A stretch of DNA of 64,000 bases from positions 3,072,001 through 3,136,000 of the forward strand of contig OZ241986.1 in assembly GCA_965204375.1 (NCBI GenBank), given 5' to 3'. This document shows positions 27,668 through 37,395 of this stretch, one piece after another (the stretch's first letter is position 1; every line of letters begins with the position of its first letter). The notes below the pieces were generated by a model. The model was not told where the DNA came from and did not search any database. It was given only the letters and a program-made list of their open reading frames with translations. The DNA is from Candidatus Latescibacterota bacterium (GTDB lineage: Bacteria; Latescibacterota; UBA2968). Made by a program: the position numbers and the translations under genes.

Positions 27668-28963
27668 TCAGCACTTGATTTGATAACGACCATTGGGCAA
27701 AAGACGCCGTGCATTGTGTTGGCTGAGTTTGACCTCCATTAAAACATCATTGCCCTTGTAGTCCGTGTGCAAAACCTCGCCAATTCGGTAGAGTTCTGAC
27801 AGAAGTTTGCCCTCGCGTTGCGGAATTTGAACCACGAGCGTCAGACGGTCGCCCTCAAGGTGGTTGTAGATCGCCCACCGCAGGTCTTTGAGTCCATCAC
27901 CCGTCTCAGCAGAAAGCCAGACCGCGTCGGGATATGTCGCTTTTAGATATTCGCGTCGAGTCTGATCGTCTAACAGATCATTTTTGTTAAACACCATCAT
28001 AGTCGGCCTATCGGCCACATCGAGTTCCCCAAGCACCTCAATCACTGTGGCGATATGTTCTTCACAAGCTGGTTGACTGACGTCAACCACGTGGAGCAAA
28101 AGATCGGCTTCAATTGCCTCTTCAAGGGTACTGTGAAAAGAAGCGATCAGATGATGGGGTAGCTTTTTAATAAAACCAACGGTATCGGACAAAAGAATAT
28201 CGCGGTTATAACCGAGGGAGACGCGCCGCGTAGTGGAATCAAGCGTGGCAAAGAGCCGATCTTCAATCAACACATCGGCGCCAGAAAGGGCACGCATAAG
28301 GGTGGATTTGCCCGCATTGGTATAGCCGACAAGTGCTGCGCGAAAAATATCGGTGCGTTGTTTGCGGGCAACCGCGCGTTGTCTGGCAATGCGATCCAGT
28401 GCTTGTTTGAGAATCGTAATGCGACGATTGGTCGCGCGGCGATCTACTTCAAGCTGCGTTTCACCTGGACCGCGCGTACCCACCCCGCCAGTGCCACCAG
28501 TACCGCCGGCCTGCCGCGAAAGATGGGTCCATTGACGGGTCAACCGGGGCAACATATAGATAAGTTGAGCCAACTCGACCTGAGTCTGGGCTTCTCGAGT
28601 CTTAGCGCGACTGGCAAAGATATCGAGGATAAGTCGGCTGCGATCGATGATCTTAACTTCAAGCAGGGTTTCGAGATTGCGGGTTTGTGCTGGCGAAAGA
28701 TCTTCGTCAAAAATAACGACCTGTGCATCGCATTCTGCAACCTGTTCGACGAGTTCTTCGGCCTTGCCGCGACCGATGAGATACGCGGGATCTCTGTGCC
28801 CGCGTTCCTGAAGCACCTGCCTGGAAACGTCAACTCCTGCTGTATCCGCCAAAAGCCCGAGTTCGTCAAGCGTGTCCTGTGCCTCACCCAGTGAAATGCC
28901 GGGCAGCACAAGCCCGACGAGTATGCCTCGCTCAAGCGCGTGTTCTTTTGTGATATCGTACAT
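27668..28963 (-). CDS. hflX: GTPase HflX
   Basis: GPGETQLEVDRR, GYTNAGKS, LFATLD, DTVGF and NKND motifs. Confidence 0.96.
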   Translation of the reverse strand: MYDITKEHALERGILVGLVLPGISLGEAQDTLDELGLLADTAGVDVSRQVLQERGHRDPAYLIGRGKAEELVEQVAECDAQVVIFDEDLSPAQTRNLETLLEVKIIDRSRLILDIFASRAKTREAQTQVELAQLIYMLPRLTRQWTHLSRQAGGTGGTGGVGTRGPGETQLEVDRRATNRRITILKQALDRIARQRAVARKQRTDIFRAALVGYTNAGKSTLMRALSGADVLIEDRLFATLDSTTRRVSLGYNRDILLSDTVGFIKKLPHHLIASFHSTLEEAIEADLLLHVVDVSQPACEEHIATVIEVLGELDVADRPTMMVFNKNDLLDDQTRREYLKATYPDAVWLSAETGDGLKDLRWAIYNHLEGDRLTLVVQIPQREGKLLSELYRIGEVLHTDYKGNDVLMEVKLSQHNARRLLPNGRYQIKC

Positions 28964-29080
28964 AGTGATATTTCGATGGATTTTTAAGCATCGTGAGGTT
29001 TTCGGTCTGTTTTGACGTCGTCTTTAGGACATCAGTTGACCAGAGCACTATAGAAAATTTGGGCTGTATATCTTGATATA

Positions 29081-29602
29081 TCACTGTGTGATTCCTGTCG
29101 CAAGTTCTCTAACTGACACAGTGAGTCTCTGCCCAATTGCATGTGACTTTGCCAAAGTAAGAAATCCTATTTCATCGCGAAGATCTTTCAGTTTAATAGT
29201 CTCATCGCTCAGCACCTGTCCGAAAAGCTTGAACCAAAACCACCGCTTTAGAAATATACTCGTAATATGGTTTGGCACTGTCCCTATCTTACGCCACTTA
29301 GATGGAGTGCTCTTATGCATGCCAATATGCTTTGCGACCTCATAGAATGGCGTCTCGCTGACATCACAAAGAAACTCCAACTCTACGAAGCTCAGTATTT
29401 CTGAAGACCCACAGATTTGGTTGGCAATTGCTTTGTGTATTCTATCAATCTCATCCTGTGAGATTGCGACTGTCCCATCTGGCATCTTTTTAAGATGCAG
29501 TTTCGGGACAAGCCAAGTTCGACCAGCTGCCCGATACTTGTAATTTTTTTGGCATTCAACCAATCCATAATTGGAATTTATCATCTCATTAAAAAAAGTC
29601 AA
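29081..29602 (-). CDS. HTH protein resembling MqsA/YgiT-type antitoxins (orphan, degenerate)
   Basis: YKY..AG...; IHKAIA...LS..ELEFL...EVAKHIGMHKSTPSKW HTH pattern. AT-rich; no Zn-ribbon CxxC pairs. Confidence 0.5.
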   Translation of the reverse strand: MTFFNEMINSNYGLVECQKNYKYRAAGRTWLVPKLHLKKMPDGTVAISQDEIDRIHKAIANQICGSSEILSFVELEFLCDVSETPFYEVAKHIGMHKSTPSKWRKIGTVPNHITSIFLKRWFWFKLFGQVLSDETIKLKDLRDEIGFLTLAKSHAIGQRLTVSVRELATGITQ

Positions 29603-29604
29603 TT

Positions 29605-30102
29605 CTACGTCTTAAAATTCGGCCTTATAATAGACGCAATCTCTTCTGCCCGTTCCCATGATACGGTCACCTTCTGCTTCAAACCCCCATCTTTCGGCTG
29701 TAAAGGGGCGATATGCGGTGGCCCACTCCCCCAGGTGCTCGACTTACGGCGCGGAACAACATGAATGTGAAAATGCGGCACTTCCTGCAAGCTGGCCACA
29801 CCGTTATTCTGATAAACCGTAATCCCATCCGGATTAAACGTTTTGGTAAGTGCCTCCGCCGCTATACGGACCGTCTTCATAATATCCCCAGCCTCATCAT
29901 CCGTCAAATCCAATATCGTCGGCGCATGGCGGCGAGGAACAACGAGAAGCTGACCGATTTCAAACTGTCTGGGATTGAGCACCGTAAGCGTCTTCTCCGT
30001 TAAATTGATAACATGCCTGTTTTCACCGCGTCCAGCAACTATTTCACAAAATGGACAGGGATCCCATGTCGGCATCTCAAACGGGGCAACAGTATCACTC
30101 AT
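29605..30102 (-). CDS. HIT family hydrolase
   Basis: CPFC and HFHIHVVPR histidine triad. Confidence 0.92.
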   Translation of the reverse strand: MSDTVAPFEMPTWDPCPFCEIVAGRGENRHVINLTEKTLTVLNPRQFEIGQLLVVPRRHAPTILDLTDDEAGDIMKTVRIAAEALTKTFNPDGITVYQNNGVASLQEVPHFHIHVVPRRKSSTWGSGPPHIAPLQPKDGGLKQKVTVSWERAEEIASIIRPNFKT

Positions 30103-30165
30103 TTTTTATTCTCTCTTCCCCAGTGCTTTTGTCGCACCAGCGGCATCCAGCCAAACCGCCTGTTT

Positions 30166-30639
30166 TCATCGCAATGATTTCTCAAAAGAAATAATGGTCA
30201 TTCTGTCATTAATCTCTCGCGTAACTTCTGTCCTCTTATAGCCCATTTTCTCATAAAAATAACAATTGCCTTCCTCTTGCAAAATCGTATCAAGCTCCCA
30301 GCACTCCGCATCAACAACATCCTCAACAAGCGCGATGGTATCCTGACCATATCCCTTCCCCTGATGCTCAGGGATGATAAACATGGGACTAATCCTCGCC
30401 CGTCTCGCCTCGTCGTCGTAGATAATTCTAATCGCTCCGATTTGCACACCATCAAGCATAATAAAGTAGTAAGTGGTATGGGGCTGCTTTAATCTGTTGA
30501 TAACTCGTTCAACATCTTCATTGGCCGGATTCGCATCGTAATCCCGATACTTATGGAGCAGTGGCAAAAATGACGCAACCTGAAGCCGGTGAATAGCCGC
30601 AGCATCTCTCATAGATGCTTTCTTTAAACTGATCCGCAT
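30166..30639 (-). CDS. GNAT N-acetyltransferase
   Basis: PEHQGKGYG and FYEKMGY motifs; probable start ATG 30639. Confidence 0.88.
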   Translation of the reverse strand: MRISLKKASMRDAAAIHRLQVASFLPLLHKYRDYDANPANEDVERVINRLKQPHTTYYFIMLDGVQIGAIRIIYDDEARRARISPMFIIPEHQGKGYGQDTIALVEDVVDAECWELDTILQEEGNCYFYEKMGYKRTEVTREINDRMTIISFEKSLR

Positions 30640-30643
30640 AAGT

Positions 30644-31195
30644 TCACCTGTTTTTTCGCGCCTCCCATTCATCACGCAATAACCCGCACCACACCATGTT
30701 TCTAAATTCGCCTCTCAGATATTGATCCTGGCGCAAGACACCTTCACGAACCATTCCGAGCTTCTCCATGACCCGGAGAGAACCGACATTTCTCTCATCG
30801 GCACCAGCGCGAATGCGATTCAACTCTGGATAGGCTGAAAACGATTCGTCGATAACAGCACCCGCAGCTTCCGTAGTCAGTCCTTTTCCCCAAAAGCGTC
30901 GGGCAATGCTATAGCCCATTTCGCCAACGCGATGATGAAAATTAAACCCAATATCAATTCCACCAATAACCGATCCAGCGTATTCAATCGCCCAGGATAC
31001 GCGTGTTTTGCGATCCTGCAACACCTGACCTGCTACAAATTTTTCGGCATCTGCTCTCGTGTAGGGCTGGGGAACCGGAAGAAAGCGTGCCCATTCTGGA
31101 TCGGATGCGTATAACAAAACATCTTCAACATCCACAAAGCTAAACACCCTGAGTATCAACCGGTCGGTTTTAATAAGTTCCGACAGCATTTTCAT
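30644..31195 (-). CDS. RimJ/RimL-type GNAT acetyltransferase
   Basis: TDRLILR, WGKGLTTEAA and N..S.RVMEKLGM..EG motifs. Confidence 0.9.
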   Translation of the reverse strand: MKMLSELIKTDRLILRVFSFVDVEDVLLYASDPEWARFLPVPQPYTRADAEKFVAGQVLQDRKTRVSWAIEYAGSVIGGIDIGFNFHHRVGEMGYSIARRFWGKGLTTEAAGAVIDESFSAYPELNRIRAGADERNVGSLRVMEKLGMVREGVLRQDQYLRGEFRNMVWCGLLRDEWEARKNR

Positions 31196-31206
31196 ATCTC
31201 TTTTTT

Positions 31207-31818
31207 TTAACCGACCTCATTCAACCATCTAAGAAAACTCTCGTCATTGGTGTACTGATAGGCAAACCCACCACAACCTCTGAACAACTCTGGCTCCTTG
31301 CTGCCATCTTCAATCAAAAGACTATTTCCATAGTGAATATCATCTCCCAACACTTTAAATGCAATCGGCCAGAGTGCACGCTTGTCGATTTCTCCGTAAT
31401 CGGAAGAATTGATAATCACATCAAATTTCTCGTCCAATTTATGCGATGGAATGACGACATCTGAAAAAATATCCATATTGGCAGTTACAAGCGCAGTACG
31501 TCTCCCTTGACTTCTCTGCGCCAGTGCGAAATTCAGAACTGCTTCGTTAAAATCAAGATTCCTGCACCCCAACGCCATAGTTTTCAAAACCGCAGAAATA
31601 TCCATATTTGCATGATCGGAAACAATAGCCGCAATATCTCTAAGACTCAGGGCATTCGTCATCCACATCCTGCAGATATGCCGATTGGCGAACACATGCT
31701 CTTGAATAATATCATGCCACTCAGGGCATTCAGGCGGGGATACCTTAAAATAGAGATCCGATGACAACGTAAAACCGAAGTCGAAAACAATGCACTTAAT
31801 TGATTCATAAGTCTGCAT
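31207..31818 (-). CDS. HAD-superfamily hydrolase-like protein
   Basis: VFDFGFTL motif I, LVTAN motif II, LLIED motif IV. Confidence 0.7.
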   Translation of the reverse strand: MQTYESIKCIVFDFGFTLSSDLYFKVSPPECPEWHDIIQEHVFANRHICRMWMTNALSLRDIAAIVSDHANMDISAVLKTMALGCRNLDFNEAVLNFALAQRSQGRRTALVTANMDIFSDVVIPSHKLDEKFDVIINSSDYGEIDKRALWPIAFKVLGDDIHYGNSLLIEDGSKEPELFRGCGGFAYQYTNDESFLRWLNEVG

Positions 31819-31823
31819 GCGAT

Positions 31824-32558
31824 TTAGTCTCTCCACTTATCACGTGGATAGGCCTGGAAGTTGAATTCTCCTCTATTGAGCGCCTCATCGAATTGCACAA
31901 GAGCCTTGATCACCTTTTTTCGGGCATCTGCCATAAATGGATTCAGCAATTGTGTCTCTCTGTATGTGGAAGGCGAGTTCGTTTTCAGGTGTTCAATCAG
32001 TTGCAAGAGGAACCTACCTGCTCCAGATGGCAACTTCTCGCGCTCTTCCTCCGGTAGATAAAGTTCAAGAGCCATACCAATGAAATGCGCCATACCAGGA
32101 CCTGTTCTGCGATCTTCATCTTCTGCAGTCCTGGGGATCAACTCGCAACCCATACGCTTCAGGCAGGCTGATATCTCGGGATCCGCTTTTCCAAACAGAG
32201 GTATATTGCCTGGACCAAGATGCGATAGTCCAAACCTCTCTCGATTCAATGTTGACAGTTCCTTATCGGCAGCAAGTCGTGCTGTGCAACAATCAATCAC
32301 AACGCAATCAGATTTGGCATGCTCATTGATTTTCTGAATCCATTTGCCAAGTGCCCAGACGGGAATAGCTAAAAAAATGACATCTGCCGCAGAAAGACTC
32401 TCAGTATTGTTGCTTGACTGCCACGCTCTAACATCAGCCAGTTCAGAGCTTATATCGCGACTTGAAATAACCTCGACCTGGAATTGATCTGCAAATGCAT
32501 TTACTGCCTGCTTTCCCATTCTGCCGAAACCGATTATGCAAAGTCTCTTCCTTGCCAT
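31824..32558 (-). CDS. Prephenate/arogenate dehydrogenase-like NAD-binding protein
   Basis: IIGFGRMG Rossmann motif; VIFLAIP, VIDCCT, H..G and NPF...R elements. Confidence 0.65.
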   Translation of the reverse strand: MARKRLCIIGFGRMGKQAVNAFADQFQVEVISSRDISSELADVRAWQSSNNTESLSAADVIFLAIPVWALGKWIQKINEHAKSDCVVIDCCTARLAADKELSTLNRERFGLSHLGPGNIPLFGKADPEISACLKRMGCELIPRTAEDEDRRTGPGMAHFIGMALELYLPEEEREKLPSGAGRFLLQLIEHLKTNSPSTYRETQLLNPFMADARKKVIKALVQFDEALNRGEFNFQAYPRDKWRD

Positions 32559-33277
32559 TACAAATGACTTCCTTTATATGAACTTCTGCTCGCCTGCTTG
32601 ATCCAGTTGGGAAGGTGCAAAACCAGACCATTCATCATCTTCTCTGTGTTTTCTACATAAATCTGCACATTGCCTTCATAAGCTTCTCCACCCTCAGCCC
32701 CCACCAAATCTGTAACCCCACGTAAAATGAGACATCTAACCTGATTTCGGTTTGCTACCCAGGCAATTGCACCCGATTCCCAATCTCCTGCTACTGCACC
32801 GTATTTGGACTTCAAATATGAAATATCTTCTGCCATTAGATCGCGGTCTGCTGATACGAGAACAGTTCTCAACACGGGATGGGGATATGGCTCACTCAAC
32901 CACGAAAGATCAATCTCAGTTGTATAATCTCTGATCGCTTCCTCTGTATCCAACATCTGCTCGACAATATCATAGACAACCGTCCGCTCAACCAGCACAA
33001 TCGTATTCTTCTCAACCCCGCCTTCAAACCCACCGCAAGTCCCCAAATTCACCACGAGATTTGGATCCCATCGGTCAATAGCATACTGCGCTGATGCAGC
33101 AGCAGAAATCTTACCCCATCCTCCGTAAAAAAATATGACTGGCTGTTGCCCACCTTTAGTGTCAAGGTGCGTCTCAAACCATTGTCCATAAGGAGATGCT
33201 TGTAGATCAGCATCGGAAAAAATTCTCCCGATAGCATCCCATTCAATATTGGCTGAAATGATCACAACAACAAACAT
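32558..33277 (-). CDS. MTA/SAH nucleosidase-like (purine/uridine phosphorylase family)
   Basis: SANIEW, GWGKISAA, NLGTCGG, DWESGAIA and RGVTD motifs. Confidence 0.85.
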   Translation of the reverse strand: MFVVVIISANIEWDAIGRIFSDADLQASPYGQWFETHLDTKGGQQPVIFFYGGWGKISAAASAQYAIDRWDPNLVVNLGTCGGFEGGVEKNTIVLVERTVVYDIVEQMLDTEEAIRDYTTEIDLSWLSEPYPHPVLRTVLVSADRDLMAEDISYLKSKYGAVAGDWESGAIAWVANRNQVRCLILRGVTDLVGAEGGEAYEGNVQIYVENTEKMMNGLVLHLPNWIKQASRSSYKGSHL

Positions 33278-33342
33278 AGACTAAACCCTTGGAATAGCCT
33301 CAAAATATTGAAGACATCAATCTGCAAATTGGGATTCAATTT

Positions 33343-34005
33343 TCAGTCTCCAACTTTTTTCCAAACATTGGCTGCATACATTAAGCCTATTTCGGGACTA
33401 CTAAGGATTGGAACTGAAATTTCCGGGCACAAATTTACGGCTCCCGACATAGAGGCTTGTGCCAATACAATAACATCTCCTTCAGATGCTCTGTCTTTTA
33501 TATTTCGGGCTATTTCACTAAAATATCCTTTGTGGTCTCCCGTCTCAAATCTGCTCCAAGCATTATCACAAAAAACCTCAATAAGCTCAACGCGATTTTG
33601 ACGTGCTTTTGCGGTTTCAAGAATAAGGTCACGAGTTGGAGCGATTGTACTCTCAAGTGCGGCAGCAACAATAATCCGAGAACCTATTTCGACTGCTTTC
33701 TCAGCCATAGGTCTATCAATTCGAACAATGACACCATCTGTCAGATTATTTACTTTTTCCGCACTTGCTCCAATTGTAGAACAGGTGCAGAGTATCACGG
33801 TTGCGCCTTTTTTTCTCGCGGAGAGAATACAATCCCGAATACGTTCATCCAAATTTTGAGTAATTCCTTTGTCACGGGCCTCTGTCAGAAATTGCTCTTC
33901 TATAATATGTCTAACGGGTAATTCTAAAGAAGCTTCCTCTATAAGCCGATTAAAAGTATCGACATGCACTGGTGAAGTGTGAAGAAAAGCCAAATGGGAT
34001 TGCAT
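33343..34005 (-). CDS. Asp/Glu/hydantoin racemase family protein
   Basis: FLHT, CTCSTIG, RIDRPM, LAQASM and PILSSP motifs; start ATG 34005. Confidence 0.85.
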   Translation of the reverse strand: MQSHLAFLHTSPVHVDTFNRLIEEASLELPVRHIIEEQFLTEARDKGITQNLDERIRDCILSARKKGATVILCTCSTIGASAEKVNNLTDGVIVRIDRPMAEKAVEIGSRIIVAAALESTIAPTRDLILETAKARQNRVELIEVFCDNAWSRFETGDHKGYFSEIARNIKDRASEGDVIVLAQASMSGAVNLCPEISVPILSSPEIGLMYAANVWKKVGD

Positions 34006-34020
34006 GAAATGACGCCCTTT

Positions 34021-34090
34021 CTCCGATAGATGGCGTTTTACCACAGAAATTCTACTACTCTTGTGACAATTTTAGCGGCAAAATGGTTTC
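34021..34090 (-). repeat. 70-bp reused leader, copy 1
   Basis: 57/70 ungapped identity to 41876-41945 by manual alignment; ends in SD GGAG on the minus strand. Confidence 0.85.
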
Positions 34091-34098
34091 TATATTAC

Positions 34099-34131
34099 AA
34101 AACAGGTCCACGAACAGTGTGGCCTGGTTTA
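34099..34131 (-). terminator. Putative terminator after the APH gene
   Basis: Imperfect stem AAACCAGGCCAC...GTGGACCTGTTTT on the minus strand directly after the stop codon. Confidence 0.5.
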
Positions 34132-34132
34132 C

Positions 34133-35161
34133 TCAGCCCACGTCATGCAGGCTCTCGATATCGGAAACCGCTGCACCCAGGAATTCAGGTGTCTTGGGAT
34201 GTAGAAGGCGACCGCAGTCCCAGAAAAACCTTATCCACCGGAGATTCGCGACAATTGATAGGATCTTCTCCTCTACAGGCGATAGTTCCGTAAGGGGCTT
34301 TTTGATAACGGCATTATAGGAAGATCGAAAAGCATCAACGTACCCGGGTTCGAAATGCTCTGAACCCGGCCTGGTCACATATTCCCCTTCAGCTTGCCGC
34401 AGATCATGGGCCGCCGTCCCCCAGCCAGCCGACTGGAAGTCATGGACATTTGAAATACGCAGGGCGTTGCCGTTCTCCACGAGCACATTGTGGAGTCCTG
34501 CTTCGCCCCACAAGAAGACGTTGCTGCCTTGCACCCTGACTTCGGGCACCAAGTCCGTGGCGACCAATAGCCTGCCCCAGAGTTCCGGCAGGGTTACCGC
34601 CATGGAAGAAGCCAACACCTCGTCTCCAAACATTGCTTCCCGGATCGTCCCTTCCCAAGACGCAAGATCTCTCTCCGTCTGTGATTGAAGTTCGTCTGGA
34701 CACTGTTGGCTGTGAATATGTGCCACTGTTTGTCCCAGTAGTGCGCCCAACTGCAACCGCTGTGCTCGAGATGCGTCCAGGTAGTAACCGAGTCCCGACT
34801 CACCCGGCTCGCCCGGGATCAAAAGACATTCAAAGACAAGTGGTTCACCATCGCCATCGTACACCAGAGATTCAGACACCGGAACACCGGCAGCGGCGCG
34901 CAATGCCTTTGTGGCGACGAACTCGATTTTCAAACTGAAGCCAGGGGATTGGCGAAACTGTATCTTCAAGATCACCCATCCGTGGACGCGAGTCTCCACC
35001 AGAAAAATCTGATTTGTGAAATTAGTCTCCAGGTGCCTGATCGACCGGGACGAACTGAAATCATGTTTCTCGAAAAGCGCATCAATCTGTGCGCGGGTTA
35101 CATCTGGCTTATCGCGGAATAGAGTTCGAATATCCTTCATACTGGCGAGTCTTGTTACCAT
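34133..35161 (-). CDS. Aminoglycoside phosphotransferase (APH/choline kinase-like) family protein
   Basis: N-lobe ILK..E; LG..VAHIHS; Brenner-like WGEAGLHNVLV; DFQSA..G...HDL. Confidence 0.75.
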   Translation of the reverse strand: MVTRLASMKDIRTLFRDKPDVTRAQIDALFEKHDFSSSRSIRHLETNFTNQIFLVETRVHGWVILKIQFRQSPGFSLKIEFVATKALRAAAGVPVSESLVYDGDGEPLVFECLLIPGEPGESGLGYYLDASRAQRLQLGALLGQTVAHIHSQQCPDELQSQTERDLASWEGTIREAMFGDEVLASSMAVTLPELWGRLLVATDLVPEVRVQGSNVFLWGEAGLHNVLVENGNALRISNVHDFQSAGWGTAAHDLRQAEGEYVTRPGSEHFEPGYVDAFRSSYNAVIKKPLTELSPVEEKILSIVANLRWIRFFWDCGRLLHPKTPEFLGAAVSDIESLHDVG

Positions 35162-35166
35162 GCGGA

Positions 35167-35207
35167 AATGATTCCAAAAACTCCAATTGTGAACACAATC
35201 AAATTCC
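35167..35207 (-). pseudogene. 5' stub of a NUDIX gene (paralog of 38357-38800)
   Basis: 37/41 identical to 38765-38805; encodes (M)IVFTIGVFGII versus (M)TVFTIGVFGII. Confidence 0.85.
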
Positions 35208-35497
35208 TAAGAAATATGGATATCCACACCGTATAGCCGTAATCCCAACTTTTCTGCGACGCGTTGAGAGGCTCTATTATCCCAAGAAGTACTATAAAGA
35301 GGAAGCTGACAGAGCGCTTCTGGTATGTCATAGCGAAAACGCACGACCGAACCGCAACGAGTTCGTCCTATGAAAACAACAGGGGCAGGATGGTCCTCTG
35401 GTCGATACGGTTCATTTATGAATCGGAGGCGTCCTTCATCATCATGGACAAAGAGCGTATCAACCTGAATTTTCATGAGTGATAAGTCAGAAATCAT
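35207..35497 (-). pseudogene. Internally deleted GNAT acetyltransferase
   Basis: The N-terminal segment joins directly to the GNAT C-terminal motif PLYSTSWDNRASQRVAEKLGL; the acetyl-CoA motif A (R/QxxGxG/A) is missing; only 96 aa. Confidence 0.65.
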
Positions 35498-35928
35498 AGA
35501 TTAGAGTCACGCGATCGTATCAGAGTATCTACCCCGTATTTTCCCGAGCCGATAACTACAAACATCCCTGTAATAACCAGGTACAGAAATGCCATCTCCT
35601 TCGTGCTGAATGGATCCGCTGCGTGTTGTAAGAACCCGGCCACCAGCATGGTAGAACAGATCAAAAACGCCCCTGGCCGCGTGAGTAATCCCAGTGCCAA
35701 CAATAGCCCGCCGCCAAACTCCGAAAAGGCTGCCATCCAGGCAAAAAACTCGGGCAAGGGAAACCCCAAATTTTCTATAACGGCCACAAACCGTTCGGAA
35801 GGGGGGATCTTCCCCAATCCATGTCCCAATGCCATACTCAACCCTACAAACACCCTGAGAATCGCCAACCCGACATTTGCCGGGATTGACTCAATAACTG
35901 CTCCGCCAAATACAAGTCGCTTAATCAT
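35494..35928 (-). CDS. DoxX family membrane protein
   Basis: LAILRV..G....HG..K, EFGGGLLLALGLLTR and GSGKYGVD motifs. Confidence 0.9.
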   Translation of the reverse strand: MIKRLVFGGAVIESIPANVGLAILRVFVGLSMALGHGLGKIPPSERFVAVIENLGFPLPEFFAWMAAFSEFGGGLLLALGLLTRPGAFLICSTMLVAGFLQHAADPFSTKEMAFLYLVITGMFVVIGSGKYGVDTLIRSRDSNL

Positions 35929-35965
35929 AACCTACCTCCCTATTGTGATTTACAGACGTCGTCAT

Positions 35966-36709
35966 TTACTCAGAGAGTTCAATAGCATCTCTAAATATCG
36001 CTGCTGTAGTCGATATGACCTCATCCCAAAGCCTGCGTCCCAACTCGGCACTCGCTCTGGTCGCGTCACCGATAACACCAGTATCTGAGTATTGCGTGAA
36101 ATCGAGATGCGGATCATCCCAATTCACTTCCCTTGAACGGGACGAAGGAATTCTTTCGAGCCTAACCGTAGCCGGGCGTCGATACATCGCAATCGAAGTC
36201 GTGAAACTATCGGCGTGACCACCTGGAACGCTGGGATCAGCTACACGGCACCAAATGTCGTGATATGGTAGGGGCGGAAGGCAAGCTTTGCATCCTGGAT
36301 GAAATTTCGCGTTGAACCTGTCCACCGCCTCCTGAAGTCGATGCTCGCCGCAGCCCCGCCAGACAACAATAGTCCCAAAGCCCTGTTCTGCCAGCGATTC
36401 AAGGACAAAATAGACACACGCTTCATGAACAACGTGCGGGATGTTGACATATCCCGAGCCAAAGCCCCGATGTTCGGGTGTGGGTCCAAATGGCATGGCT
36501 GGCAAAACCAGAGCACGTACATAGTGACAGCGTGCGGCATGCTGCGCAGCCTCCAAAGCAACGGCTTCCGCAAACCATGTATCGAAATCTACTGGCAAAT
36601 GCGGACCCTGTTGCTCGGTGCATCCCGTGGGTACAATCGCCAGGCACCCAGTGTCAACCAGATCCTTGATTTCTAAGTACGTATAATCAGTAAATTTATG
36701 GGAGTCCAT
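35966..36709 (-). CDS. Creatininase family protein
   Basis: PTGCTEQQGPHLPVDFD, GGHAD..TS and GVIGD...AS.E.G motifs. Confidence 0.88.
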   Translation of the reverse strand: MDSHKFTDYTYLEIKDLVDTGCLAIVPTGCTEQQGPHLPVDFDTWFAEAVALEAAQHAARCHYVRALVLPAMPFGPTPEHRGFGSGYVNIPHVVHEACVYFVLESLAEQGFGTIVVWRGCGEHRLQEAVDRFNAKFHPGCKACLPPLPYHDIWCRVADPSVPGGHADSFTTSIAMYRRPATVRLERIPSSRSREVNWDDPHLDFTQYSDTGVIGDATRASAELGRRLWDEVISTTAAIFRDAIELSE

Positions 36710-36772
36710 TTTGAAATGACAATACGATCTAATTCTTTTCTATTTTATAGCCGAGGCGCATTTCGCTTTCAA

Positions 36773-37048
36773 TTATCCCACCGAAAAATGCAATTTCTTT
36801 CCAACTGCCTTTGCATACTTTCCCAAAGTTGACAGCCTGATGTCTTTTGCATGGTTTTCTATTCTTGAAATCGCAGATTTCTTGGTATTCAGTTTCTGTG
36901 CCACCTCTTCCTGGGTTAGACCCGCCTCTTCTCGAGCTTGTCGGAGGAGGACACCGATCTTAAATTCCAAATAACCAGCTTCGTAATTCTCGGCAAATTC
37001 GGGATCTCTTGCCTTGCGTTTCTCAACATACTTTTTTAAATCGCTCAT
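36773..37048 (-). CDS. XRE-family HTH antitoxin (HigA-like)
   Basis: [16 protein letters not shown]......SAISRIEN; overlaps the toxin stop codon (ATGA). Confidence 0.88.
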   Translation of the reverse strand: MSDLKKYVEKRKARDPEFAENYEAGYLEFKIGVLLRQAREEAGLTQEEVAQKLNTKKSAISRIENHAKDIRLSTLGKYAKAVGKKLHFSVG

Positions 37049-37395
37049 CGATTTTTCCTCCTGAAATAATCTCGTTTTCTCTGCTCTGCCAGACGGATAT
37101 CTGACCTTGGAATCTTCTGTGTTTTCTTGGCAAAGGCATGGTTGAGAACCACCAACTGTGGACCATCAAAAAATGACAGGAGTCTAAACGTATCCCTACC
37201 AACATTGACACGAACCTCCCAGATGTCATCCGTACCGACCAGTTTCTTGAAGTATTGTTGGGGAACAATCTCCAATTCCTCAATCAATCCCAATGTCCAA
37301 GTGGCTTTAGCACCTTGTCTCGCAGTCAGAGAATCCAAAAATTGTTCGACGGGACAATGCCCTGACGCTGTACGATAAAAGGTAATTTCTCTCAT
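37045..37395 (-). CDS. Type II toxin, RelE/ParE superfamily (Gp49/HigB-like)
   Basis: FYRT.SG..PV..FL..L, KKL.GT..IWEVR and HAF.KKTQK.P motifs; toxin upstream of antitoxin; start ATG 37395. Confidence 0.88.
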   Translation of the reverse strand: MREITFYRTASGHCPVEQFLDSLTARQGAKATWTLGLIEELEIVPQQYFKKLVGTDDIWEVRVNVGRDTFRLLSFFDGPQLVVLNHAFAKKTQKIPRSDIRLAEQRKRDYFRRKNR

